Shown: in pieces, positions 1 to 11,400 of the stretch
How positions within the stretch are numbered: the stretch's first letter is position 1
How the letters are laid out: each line of letters opens with the position of its first letter
From: Spirogloea muscicola
Lineage: Eukaryota
DNA: 60,688 nt
NCBI GenBank assembly: GCA_009602725.1
Contig: WELB01000018.1
Location: forward strand, 1,052,354-1,113,041
Reading direction: 5' to 3'
Program-made: the position numbers and the translations under genes
Notes under the pieces: model-generated
What the model saw: only the letters and a program-made list of their open reading frames with translations
Told to the model about the DNA's origin: nothing
The model's database searches: none

Positions 1-455
1 GTCTACCGGTTCACCATGGAAGCGACGGGCGATTGCGTGGCGGGCGAGCTGGTTAAGTAGCTCAAGCCACCGAGCGCCCAGTGCCCCATGGATGTCAATT
101 GCCAACGGGAAGAACTCGTCTTCCGGTGGATGGTCGGCGTACTTGATCTCTTTTGCCCGAGCGGCGCAGGCGACCGCATACCCAGCCTTGGTGGCAGACT
201 GGGCTGGGTGGGAGCGGTCAAATGCGTCGGTAGTCACCACATCCAGAAGCAGACGTGGCCCGCAGGCCTGTGGGGTGGCCACCAGGTCGACGCGACGAGC
301 GTGGAGACCGTCGGCCCTGGCCTGGAGCGGCATGACGCCGGAGTGCTCCGCTGCCACCGCGAAGCCAGCCTCCACCAGGATGCTGTGCATCGCGTCCCGG
401 AGGCGGTCGTGGGCCGCCGTCCTCTCGCCGCCAAGCCCGGGACGGGCGCCCGTCG
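1..455 (-). mobile_element. 5'-truncated CRE-like non-LTR retrotransposon, RLE domain; runs off window start
   Basis: Minus-strand frame reads GGERTTAHDRLRDAMHSILVEAGF...RRVDLV...LLDVVTTD...KEIKYADHPPEDEFFPLAIDIHGALGARWLELLNQLARH. This is the Zn-knuckle tail followed by the RLE motifs RxD, D, KxxKY and FxPLAx(D/E)xxGxLG. It matches the copies at 33790 and 36422. Confidence 0.85.
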
Positions 456-656
456 AGTACACCGTGCGCGCACTGCTGCGTCGCGGTCACCGGCCTCCAT
501 CAGCTGTGACCACTTGTACTTGCACAGCTGCGTGGCCCCAGCGCCTTCATTCAATACAGGCGCATGCGCCTGCGCCTGTCCACACATCTGCCTGCAGGCC
601 GTGCTCTAGTTCCAACCTCTGGCTTTCGACCAGTAAATTGCTCTCCGGCTGGGAAG

Positions 657-684
657 AGAAGTGGCACTCCAAATGGGGCCAAGG
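657..684 (-). mobile_element. 28-nt retroposed 3' end (type A terminus) with 10-bp TSD
   Basis: GGCTGGGAAG at 647-656 and 685-694 flanks AGAAGTGGCACTCCAAATGGGGCCAAGG, which matches the terminus of the 36422 element. Confidence 0.75.
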
Positions 685-1364
685 GGCTGGGAAGCCCGAA
701 AGCAATCACTCACAGCCATCGCCGTCTACTGGAAGAGTCTTTCTTTCCAGCTGCTAGTCTTTCTGGCTTGCGGCTTGCGGCTTGCAAATAGTGCAAAGCC
801 ACAAGTTATAAGGTAATGAGGGTATGCTGTTCTGGAGGTATATTCACTGACTTTGTACTTGTGTCCCGCTGGCTCTAACCAAGAAGTCACCTTCGTACGT
901 CTTCATAAAGTATACAGAAGTATAGGGGAAATTATCATATCTTGATGTTGTTTTGTATCCCTTACGGGATGTAACTTGTCCTTGCGACAACACAAAAAAG
1001 ATTACAACAGCTATTTAAATTTTGGGCCACAGCACCCTGCTGCCATCTGCACCTTTCTTCACTACTATGATCCCAGTTCGGATTTCATGTATACTATGGA
1101 CTAGATTTTCCACAGGTTGCGAAAACAATATGAATTTTACACAGACTTTTGGCCCCACTCTTAGCACTTCCATTGCCTTCTGCCTGAAATGTGAAATGGC
1201 TAGGGGTGGCCTCCCTCTCGTGTGCACGCCTTAACTCTCTATTTGGAGCTGGCCCCTCTCAGCTGTTGCCCCTTGACAAGCGTTTCATGCTCCGAGGGGC
1301 CATTTGTAATAGTCACTTGCTCTCTTGTTTGCTTCACGCTTTTCGACTCCTGTGGACGTTGTCC

Positions 1365-1700
1365 ATCCCTTATGGGCTGGCCTCTCACAGTCATTGCTCC
1401 CTAAGAAAGAGCTTCTTCTCATTCACAGACTTTGCCCCCTTCAGGACGAGCTTCACGAGTTATCTTGTCTATGGGCGAGCACTTTCTTTCTTTCCTTCTT
1501 CACGACACGGGACAGTGACCGCTTAAGGCAGCCCAGAAGACTGGACGAGGTCTGAAAGAGGAGAAGCCGCTTCCAGGAGAGGGCAGTGGCTGTGATAGGC
1601 CAGCTCACAAAAAAGAATGACAGGAAGCCCAACCCCAAACAAGAAGGACGCTAGCAGGAGAGGGCGGTGGCTGTGAGATGCCAGCCCAAAAAATGACATA
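1365..1700. mobile_element. Nest of short retrotransposon 3'-end fragments in both orientations
   Basis: Repeated GGGCTGG...CACAGCC / GGCTGTGA...GCCAGCCC motifs. A type B end at 1459-1497 (TATGGGCGAGCAC plus a (CTTT)n tail) is bounded by CTTCACGA at 1451-1458 and 1498-1505. Confidence 0.75.
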
Positions 1701-2425
1701 TCATCGGCAGCCAAGAAGCTACTGCAGCTCGCTGCCAGCAAGCCCTGGTCAGCAGCCGCGAACAGCAGCAGGAACAAATCCTTTTACTATAGGCTATGCC
1801 TCTTCATGGCCAGCACAAAATCCGTGGACAGTCTAGGTCAGTGGGAAATCAGTCGCCCCACTGACTTTCAGAAGCCCTGAGCTGCCAGTATGCTGCTCCG
1901 TGTACTGTAGAGGCACTCCAATGAACTCCTTCGCAGGCTGGCCTTTCCCGGCGCCCTTGACTAGCAATAGTAGTGGTAGCTGAGAGAAGAAGGAAGGTCG
2001 CATGGTGCTGCCGGCAGCAGAGCATGGGGGGAAGGGTGCTCGCTCAGGCGACCCGTGTCTGTGACTGGGCAGCCTGAGAGTGTCTACAACAGTCTTACGA
2101 CTTCCTGCATTTATTGAGACTTCTCCCAGCTCTGCCCCTGTGAGCAGCCGCTCTTCCTTTTGCCACCTTGCACACAGCAGCGCCCACGCTCAATTATGTG
2201 CCAACCACCTCGCCCTACAATCTGTTACTCATCTCCAGCTGCCTATGCTTCGGCCAAGACATACCACGAACAACGGGCGCCTCTCCTCTTCAGCATGGCC
2301 CCCATCAGTCGGCCATCTTGGAGTCCCACTGGGCAGCTGGACTGTGTATGCCATGATGGCAACTAGCTGGCAAGCCATCTGGAACCACCTTCTTAAAACG
2401 CCGCTGAGTCATTGTGGAGTTGCCA

Positions 2426-5400
2426 TCAAACTAGTGGCATATACGTGCCACCATGGCCCTTGCGCAACACCGGGGGCCCAGATGCCTCAGCATAGCGGTC
2501 CGCTTGCTGCAGGCACTCTTGCACCACGTCATCAAACCCAGTGGCCACAATAGCCAGCTGCATGCGCAGCCGCCGGTCACGTGCTGCCCGCAGCACGAAC
2601 TTGAACGCCCGTGCCAGCAGCCGTGCAGCCTCCACCGGCACGCCGCTGGGAGTGATCCACTTGGAGAAGTCGAGGTGGTCGCCAGCCGTCGCAACCTCCG
2701 CGCGGTACAGCCGTGCCAGTTCTGACAACAGAGCGGGAGACAAAGGCAGCAAGGCAGCAAAGTCCGCCAGATACATGGTGAAGCGGCTGGGTGGGAGCAG
2801 CTGCTGCCAAATGGCAGGCGCCCAGTCTTCCTGCGCCTGCATCAAGTTGTATGCTCGAGCCACAACAAGGGCCTCCCCAAAGCGCGGCTGCGAAGCCATC
2901 AGCTCTCTCGCCTGCTCACGAGGTAGGAGGATCCACCGAACATCCGGCAGCCGCAGCTGCAGCGAGAGCAATGAAGCCTGGGCAGCACACCTGGCAACGC
3001 CCATGCCGCAGCCGGAGCCAGCGGCTGACCAGGCCTCGGCAGCTTTGACCATGTCCGACATGGCCAGGAGACCTTGGCGCATGCCTTCCTCCTCAGGCAC
3101 CCCTCCGCTGCTTCCAATGCCACTGCCGATGCGGCTGCCTTCCGCAGCCCCACCACCAGGGGCCCCCTTTCCCCCACCCACTGCCGCATGTTGGCCGTCG
3201 ACCCAGCGCTGCACACACTCAATTGCTTGGGCCTCGCGCACCTCTGCCACCTTCTCCTCCATGTTGCATGCCTCGTACACCTGCCAATGAGTCCAGTAAA
3301 GTATCAAAGTTCTGCTTCGTGCCGCCCCCTGCCTAAATTGGCCCAACAGTACTGTCTTTCAACGAGCTTGCCAACATCAACGCAGGGCAGCACTTCTGAG
3401 CACAATCACTAACCTTTGCAAGAAGTTCCTTGCTCTGCATGTCAAGGCGCTGCAATGAGGACAAAATTGTCAACGATAGCCTGCATCGCTGCTCCTCCCT
3501 GCAGGCTGAAATGACCAGACTGATTTGGTCGTCTAGAACTCCTCCTGAGCTCAGTAGGAGGTCAAGGGCTGGGCGGAATGCACGAGTGTCATGCACGCCT
3601 GCCAGCAACTGGATGAGCGGACCCTCGTTATTGGCTCCATCACCCACGCAGGCGTCCGCAAGAGATGCTGCAACAGCGAGCAGTATATCCAGGCCGTCCA
3701 GGCACAGTGCCTCTTCATAGAGGCACTGCACGACGAGCACAAGCTCCACCTGCAGCCAAACATGCTTAATTTCAGTGCGCCACTCTCAGCCACCTTCTAG
3801 GTAGCCTACTAGTGTACGTATGGGCATCAGCAGGGAGCCAGAGATGGTCGACCTTGCAGGCTGCTGCAAGGTCCGCTGTGTCGATCATAATCCTCATGAG
3901 GGCATGGCCCATGTGCGATTCAGAGGAGCACAGTGAGGCCCACTGCTTGAAGTCGGAGCGCCGCCACAGAAGCGGAGCTGGTCCTTCCTCCTCATCCTGC
4001 ATCTCCTTTTCGACCTTGTCCAGATAGCCACCCCGTTGTGCAGCTTGCAAGCCCTGTCACGACCGTGCAATCGTCAGCATACCTGCAGATGGAGGCCCGG
4101 ATTTTGTTCAAGCAATAGCACACACGAGGCGGGGTCATTGAGCTTGCTACATCGGGCCTTGCCTTGAGGAAAGCAGAAGCGAGGGTGTGAGCCACCGTGG
4201 CAGGAGGGATGGAGAAGGCTGTCAGCAGCGCCTTGGCCGCCTGGAGCGCCGGTTGGCCACTCAGCACCAGCAGCTGAAGGAGCTCCTCAGCTGGCTGGCG
4301 GGCCACATCAGCCGAGGGGCTCTCAAGGCAGGCTCCCACGGTCAGCCAAGCTATCAAGCGGTTGCAGTGCATCTGGCCCCACCCAGGTCGGCAGAGACCA
4401 CCCAGTGCCTCCACAAGCTGCAGTTGAAGTTGGTAGGCCAACTCGTAAGCTCCTCATGCTCCTCACAATGAGCACATTGGTCATTCGAATTCAATCTGAC
4501 TGGCTGTGCAAAGTACAAGAAGAGCATGATGCATAGGCTCACAGAGCAGCCAAGCGTACTGCTCAGCAGGGGCTTATGGACCTGCAAGGGTGAAGCGCTT
4601 GTCAAGGCTCCCAGGCAACCAATATCTGTTGGCAACAGCTCTTGCAGCCTCCTGTCCACCATGCTCTGCTTTGTGATGTCAGCTGTACTTTGGCAGCTCG
4701 CAACGGTTTCCTCAGCCAAGCGGAGTAGCTGCACCTCGCGGGGCTTCTCAGACAGTCGCCCATCCGCAAGCGCTGCGCCCGCTGAAATCCACCCATTGTC
4801 CAGCAATCTTGAGACGGAGTACTCCAGATTGGAGCTAGATAGGGAGTCAGCATTGCACTGCAAGTTGTCTTGGAAGAAGCCTTGAATGACGGCTTCTTTG
4901 CTTATACACTCGGACTCCAAATGTTGCGCAGTTGCTGCCATGTGCCGGCTGCTTGGGATGCCTGACTCCTCTTCCTCCTCGGCATCAGCCAGGGTTGCTA
5001 CAAGCAAAGTCCTTGCTGCTGTGTTCCCAAGCCAGGACCTCAACCTCTGCTTGGCCTCAAGAGTGTCCGACTTTGGATCCCTGCACAAGAATCCGAGGTT
5101 TCAGGACAGCTGTGAATGCAAGCTGCAAGTGAAGTGCAAGCAAACTGAGTTAGGCAGTTATACTGACTCTGCAGCTGACTGGAGCCACTGAAGAGCGAGC
5201 AGGAAGATGCTGTGCAGTTCCTTGGCTGGGACTTGGCGCTTGTCATCCAACTCTTGTGCATGCCGCAGAAAGAAGGCTGCTGCCTGATTCAAAAAGAACC
5301 GCATGAGAACATCTGTGAGTAACGAGCACTAAAATGAGCGATGATGTCTGCTGTCGGCGTTCTCAGAGAGTCAAGCTTTAGTAGCAAAAGTATGTCGTCA

Positions 5401-8400
5401 GGCACAGCTTGACAACCTCAGAGGGAAGCATGGAAGCTTGCAGGAATAAGTCGTGGCAGTGGCCCCAGAGAGAAGACCGCTCCACCGGGTCATCCCAGAG
5501 AAGGTCTTTCCAGTCCTTCACCATGGCCTCCCCCTAGTGCAGAAGAGCTTGACAAGTATTACCTCCACAACAAGCTCCAGATGGACACCAGCATGATTGA
5601 TTGCTCAACGGGCTCATAGACAGCTAAGCTGGCAGCTCTGGAGAGCCAACCAGGATCCATATGCTCAGTGCCATAAGCACAATAATGTAGTCGCACTGTA
5701 GTCCAAATTGCAATGTCAAATGATACTTGAATTAACCCATGCAAATGACAATGCATGACTAACCTGATCAAGTGTGAGATGATATGGGGACTCTGAGAAG
5801 AGAGGCAGCTGCTGCGCCCATCTCCGTGCCTCCGCCCACCCACTTTGCCGTCCGAGAAGCTTCAAAAGCTCCTCAGCTTCATCCTCTTGAGGCTCGATGT
5901 CTAATTCCTCCATCCTTGCATCTCTTATCAGTTGCTCGTTTAGCTCAAGGACTGCAGCCCTTCTGCTGAAAGCCAGGACCTGCTCCTTGTATTCATCGCC
6001 AAAGTCTGCACCTGCCAACTGCCGAAGCATGCGCAGCTCCTCGTATGGGGAAGCACATGAACCAAGAGTGGTCTGCGCTGCAGCCATTGCTGCTCGCACT
6101 TCCCAGGCTCCCTGCTTGCCCTCACTCGACTTCTGTCTCCTCTGTCTGTTGAAGTCAAGCAGCTCCCTTTCAGCATCCTCCATGCGTCCTTGTTGTGATG
6201 CCTACCTCGCATTAAAAACATACATGTTGTGCTTTCAAGCGCTGTTCAACGTTAGACAGAAGACAAGCAGGTGCAACCACCAGGAAAGCAGGTGCAAGTC
6301 AAAGATGCTGACGGTAACTCACCTGAAGGAAGCGTGAGAATGACAGGAGGGCTGAATCGGAGAAGAGGACCTCCAGAGACAGTACCAAAGGTCTCAAGCT
6401 CCGGTTCTGGCACAGCGTGCATACGCTCGCAACCACCACCTCCTCTGGTGAAGGCCCAGACTCTCCACCGTCACTGAAGTTCGTATGCACAGAGGAAGAC
6501 ATCTGATACTTCCAGCTTGGAGAAGGAGGGCCAGCCAAGGGATTGGCGCTTGAGCGCCTCCGGCGTTTGGCAGGGCCTTCAGCAGGATAGTCGTCAGCAT
6601 CGGCACAGGCAGCACTTGCGTCCTTGGAGACTGGTGAGGAGGGCTCCCCAACGTGCCAATCTTCCACGACATGGGCCGCATTGAGGGCAGCAACCGCCCG
6701 CTCCACGCCTGCGAGCGCTTTGCTTGATGCCTCCCTTGAAGCTGCGGCTGCTGTTAGCCTGCATGTAGAGAGAATGCTAAGAAACACAGTCTGCCTAAAA
6801 TGATCTCAAGCCCGCATATAAGTACTGCGTGACATCTGTATTCTCACTACTCATTGGGAGAATATTAGGGGCATCGGTGCTGGAGGGCTCTAGGCCATGC
6901 ATGATGAAAGCTCTGCACGAAGCAGTATGGTCTGCTTGAGGCTTACTTTGATGCTTCAAGCTCAAGCCATACTGCTAGACACTCCAGCGTCTGACATTCT
7001 GGGAAGCACGCAGCAATGATGCAGAGCAATGGCCACTGAGTGCTGCGTAGTAGGGCCTGCCCAGGCTGAGCTTGACCTTCACATCTAGCAAGCTCCGTAA
7101 AGAGCTCCTCCCTGCAGTTTACGGAGGAGTCGCTCTGTGCAAGCTCCCTCTTTGGCCTGAGGCTCTGGAGAACGATAGCCACATGGCTGCGGAGGCCAGC
7201 ATCATTGAAACATTCCCCTGCCTGCTACATGCGGCAAGACAGGTTAGAAATCTGAGCATCTGCAAGGACATCTGTGTAGTAATCTGTCAAGCTCAAACAG
7301 AAAGTCTATTGAGCATGAGCACCCCTGGAAATTAAGCGACACTAACACTTCTATATATATACACTTCTATATATTCTATATAACACTTCTGCCGTGAGCT
7401 TGTTGCTGTTTGGCAATGTGCAACCAAGGAGGTAGAGATACAGACCAAGGAGACAAGAGCATCCAAGGGAAAGTCTTCAGTCTGCGCATCCACCAAGAAA
7501 CCTACCTGAGCAGACAGTGGGGGTGAAGTATTGAGCACAATTGCATGCTCGGCTTAGTGTAGGTTTCAATTAACACAGTGCAACTGTTGGTCAAAGGGGC
7601 GCTGGAACTCCTCAAGATACGCACCCAGTCATTCCTTTGTGCCAAGATGCGGAGGTATGCATCAGACGGCGGAAGCCCGTGAGCCCTACAGAATGCAGAC
7701 ACCACTTGCCACTGAAGCCTGGCCTCCACTTGAGCCGCTCGCGCATCCTGGATGGTCCCTGTCAGGCCCTCCTTGCCAGCCAGCCAAGCGCCTGCACTCC
7801 TTGCACTGTCTTCTGCCAGGGGCCGCAGTGCCCTTTCGAGCGCTTGCAAGACTGACATGAAATGGTGCGCCCTCAGCATGTCAACCACCTTCTCCAAGTC
7901 CGATGGCCTGTTGGTGGCCACGCAGCGCAGAGCTGCCGCATTGGCACGCACCTGTTGCGAGTCTTCCGGCAGATTAAGTATTGCCAGGAAGGCTGCACAT
8001 GCAGCCACCACCGGCCAACTGGAGCCGTTTTGGCTCAGCGCCAGCGCCATCACCTGCAGCCATGCAAGGCAACTCAATCTTAATCTTCTTAGACGGGCTG
8101 CCATGTGGAAGCATGCTCCTGCCAGTGAGAGCTAGTCATACAAGAGGGTCCTTCAGTAGCCGCTAAGAGGCAACTAGTGAGTTGGTGTAGGTTTCTGTCT
8201 ACCGGAGGCAGCAGCTGGTCCCTCTCTGCAGCAGAAAGGGGCGCCAGTAACACGTTGTCCTCCTTTGCAGAGGTATCACGCCCACCCAGCAGAGCAGCAA
8301 ATGCTGCCAAGGGTCGTCCTCTTGCGAGCAGATGGCCAATCTCCAGGTTCCCAGTCTGCAGGAAAGCAGAGGCCTTAGGACCCGCGGTTGACATTGATGA

Positions 8401-11400
8401 CCATTTGCCTGCTGCAATACGTTGGTGCGTGTGGCGGGATGGGGGTCGATACCTCTGAAGAGCTGGCATGCAGGTCCCGCTTGATCGCATCCTCAGTTGC
8501 AGACTCCCATGTCTGCGCCAGCCTACGATCCTGTGCCAGCTCAGCTGCCTGAGCCGCAGATTCACCAGATGCTGCCTCTGCCACAGCAACCTCAAGGCCC
8601 TCGTGGCTCACTCCAGCCATGCCTGCGACCCCTTGGATGGATAGATGAAGAAGGCTGCGCACTTTCTTTGGCAATTTACGGGGCAGGAGCGTCTGCAATG
8701 TGGCATCGCCCCTTGCTGAAGTGAACAGTGACTCTCTCCATTTGAGGTATGTGCTCAGCCCTGCAGCGGGGTCTTGCATTTGGCCTGCCAACACCTCCGG
8801 TTCAGGTTCTACTGGAATAAGAGTCTGACCAAGCAAAAGGACTCGAGAATTCACACCTAGCCTGCAAGCTTACTTGAGCGCACTATAATCTCAAGAACAG
8901 ACCCGCAGTGGTCGTGACAGGTTTGTCAGCAAGGCGTTGGTCACAGAGTGCAACTATCAACCTCCAATGGCATGGCAAGAAGATGTGCATACCTCTCAGG
9001 GGCTTCGGTACTTTGTATGTTGACTCTTTCTTAGCTGCTGCCGCAGCAAGGGCGTTGAATAGGATTGGGAAGCGTGCCTGCAAGCTACGCAGGCTCTCCA
9101 GAGGGCAGTGCCAGGTGCTGGCAGGTGCCACACTGGCAAGGCACTCCTGGGGAGAGACGGGCGCGTGCACTAGCGTGGCAATTGCCATGCTGGCCCCTCC
9201 CATTTCTGCCATGGTCTTCAGGGTGCTCACTTGCGTCCCCTGTGGCAGCTCCAGGATAGCTAGCATATTGTGGAACGAGGCTTGGTACTCGTTGGCAGGA
9301 TCATTCGCACACAGCCACCAATGAGCCCAGCTGCATGACGCCTGCAACGCATCAGCTCAACCATGTACCTCAGAGAAGCTACCTTAACTGCTCTGTGATG
9401 CTTTGACTTCAATCAAGTAGAGCATGAGATTTAGCAGTGCCGATCACTGGAACTATCACATGGTCATAATCAAAGTCAAGATGAGGCACTCACAACAGAT
9501 TGATTAAGCGTGGGCGTGCACTGAAGGCCATGACGCGAGATGTAGAGTTGCAGCAGGTGCGCTAGAGTGTGGGCGATGCAATGCTTCACGACGAGCACGT
9601 GCAGGGCTTCTGGGGCGTGCTTGAGCGCGTCCCCGTCGAGGAGCACTTTGGCACGAGCCAGCAGAGAAAGGAACACTGTGGAGTCTTGCCAATGGGAACG
9701 CCGGAAGCAGAGCCGGCGAGCGAGGCACACATCGAGCCAAGCGGCGACCTGATGGTCATGAAGCGTCTCTGGCTCCTCTGTGAGGATGTGCATGCCAGGA
9801 ATCACAATGTCCTCGTAAATGGGCTCCGCTGTGCTTGTCTCTTGCTGCTCCTCTAAGACATCCAACGCAGGGTGAGGACCACCTGCTGTCTCATCCGGTG
9901 AGTCGGCCACTGTCCTGACGGTGATGTCAGTAGCATCAAATGCCGAGTCTGCTTGTTGGCTGACGAGTTGTGCCAGTGCGTCAAGGTTGCGGGCAGCACA
10001 GAGGAAGGCAAATCTGGTGGCCCAATCGGTTGGATGATGACTATTGCGTTCCAGGCACACCTGCAGGAATATACCAAAGGTGGACTATTGGCCAACGCAG
10101 GCCAATCAACATGCTTTGCCCGTGAAGAGCATAATGACAAGAGGAAATCGATGGTTGGTGGTGGAGGAGTACCCTGTCCACTGTCTCCTTGTCCCAGTCA
10201 CGCACCCACGTTGCTGCAGCGCAAAAGTAGGCGCTCACTGGAAGTGGTGAGCCCAAATCTGGGGCCCAACCGTTCGAGAGCTCAAACGACCATTCCCCTA
10301 GGACGACGGCCTCCACTTCACCGCATTCTTCCGGTCCAAGTTGAGGAGGAGCAGTCTCCTGGCTCTTTGCCCGCCCTTCAGTACTGACCCTGTAGCCCTC
10401 CCAGAAGCTGCTGCCAGGGTACATTCCCTGTGCACGTGAACTTGGTTACCCTCAGTGCTTCAGGCTAGTCATGGTAAGCTGCCAATGCTGCAGTTGGATG
10501 CTCACTCATCGCAAGTACGCGAGACGTGACGTGAACCTTACCTCCAAGTTGGATATCGTGTTGAGCAGGCCCAGATCAGCGGGCTTGAGGGCCACCAGGG
10601 CATCCAGGATTCGGGCTGAGCGCAGGCGCACATCTCGGTGTGTGCTGCCAAGCATGAGCTCTGTGAGAGCCGCTTGCAAGTCCTCGCCCAGCTCCTGAAG
10701 GACGTCCAACGCGAGCGCCACCCTGCCCTGAAGGACAGAAGTGTTCAACAAGGCATGACGTTTTACAAGTAACGATTAATATTTGAGCACTGCACTCTCT
10801 TGTTGCATTCTTGCAGCTCATTATAATTTGTTCCTTATTGAAAGCATGGCACACCAGCATTTGTGTGGCATTTCAATCAAGTAGAGTGCGTGTATGCTGA
10901 CCTCCCTCAAGTAAGTGTAAGTCAGACTCCGCCCAATCCTGTAGATCTGCTCAAATGGACCGCTCGGCTCCCCTGCCGTGAAGTTGAGCTTGAGGTGGGC
11001 TACCGCCAGCGCCAGCCTTCCCGCACGGAGCGCGTCTATGACCACCTCCCTGATGCTGCACTTCTGGCGCCGCCAGCGGTGAATCATGGCTGCAGACGAC
11101 TCAATATCCTTTGCACTCCTTCGCCCCAAGGCCTTGGCGTTACTGTTGCCCTCGGGAATGAGCATAAGGTTGCCTGGCGCCAGGGTCACGTCTGTGTCCC
11201 CCTCATTTGGCTCCTGTACGCCTTGGCCCTCTGTCAAGGTCACCTGCCATATAAACAAGTAGATGAAGGCAAGTAATGGGTCAGAGGCACATTACGAGGG
11301 GACAGGGTCCTGGTTCATCCGTTGATCTTGACCCTACCCCTACTGAACCTGAGAAGTAGCACGCTTGCCTATCAACTGTGGTCATCATGCTCCGGACCTT

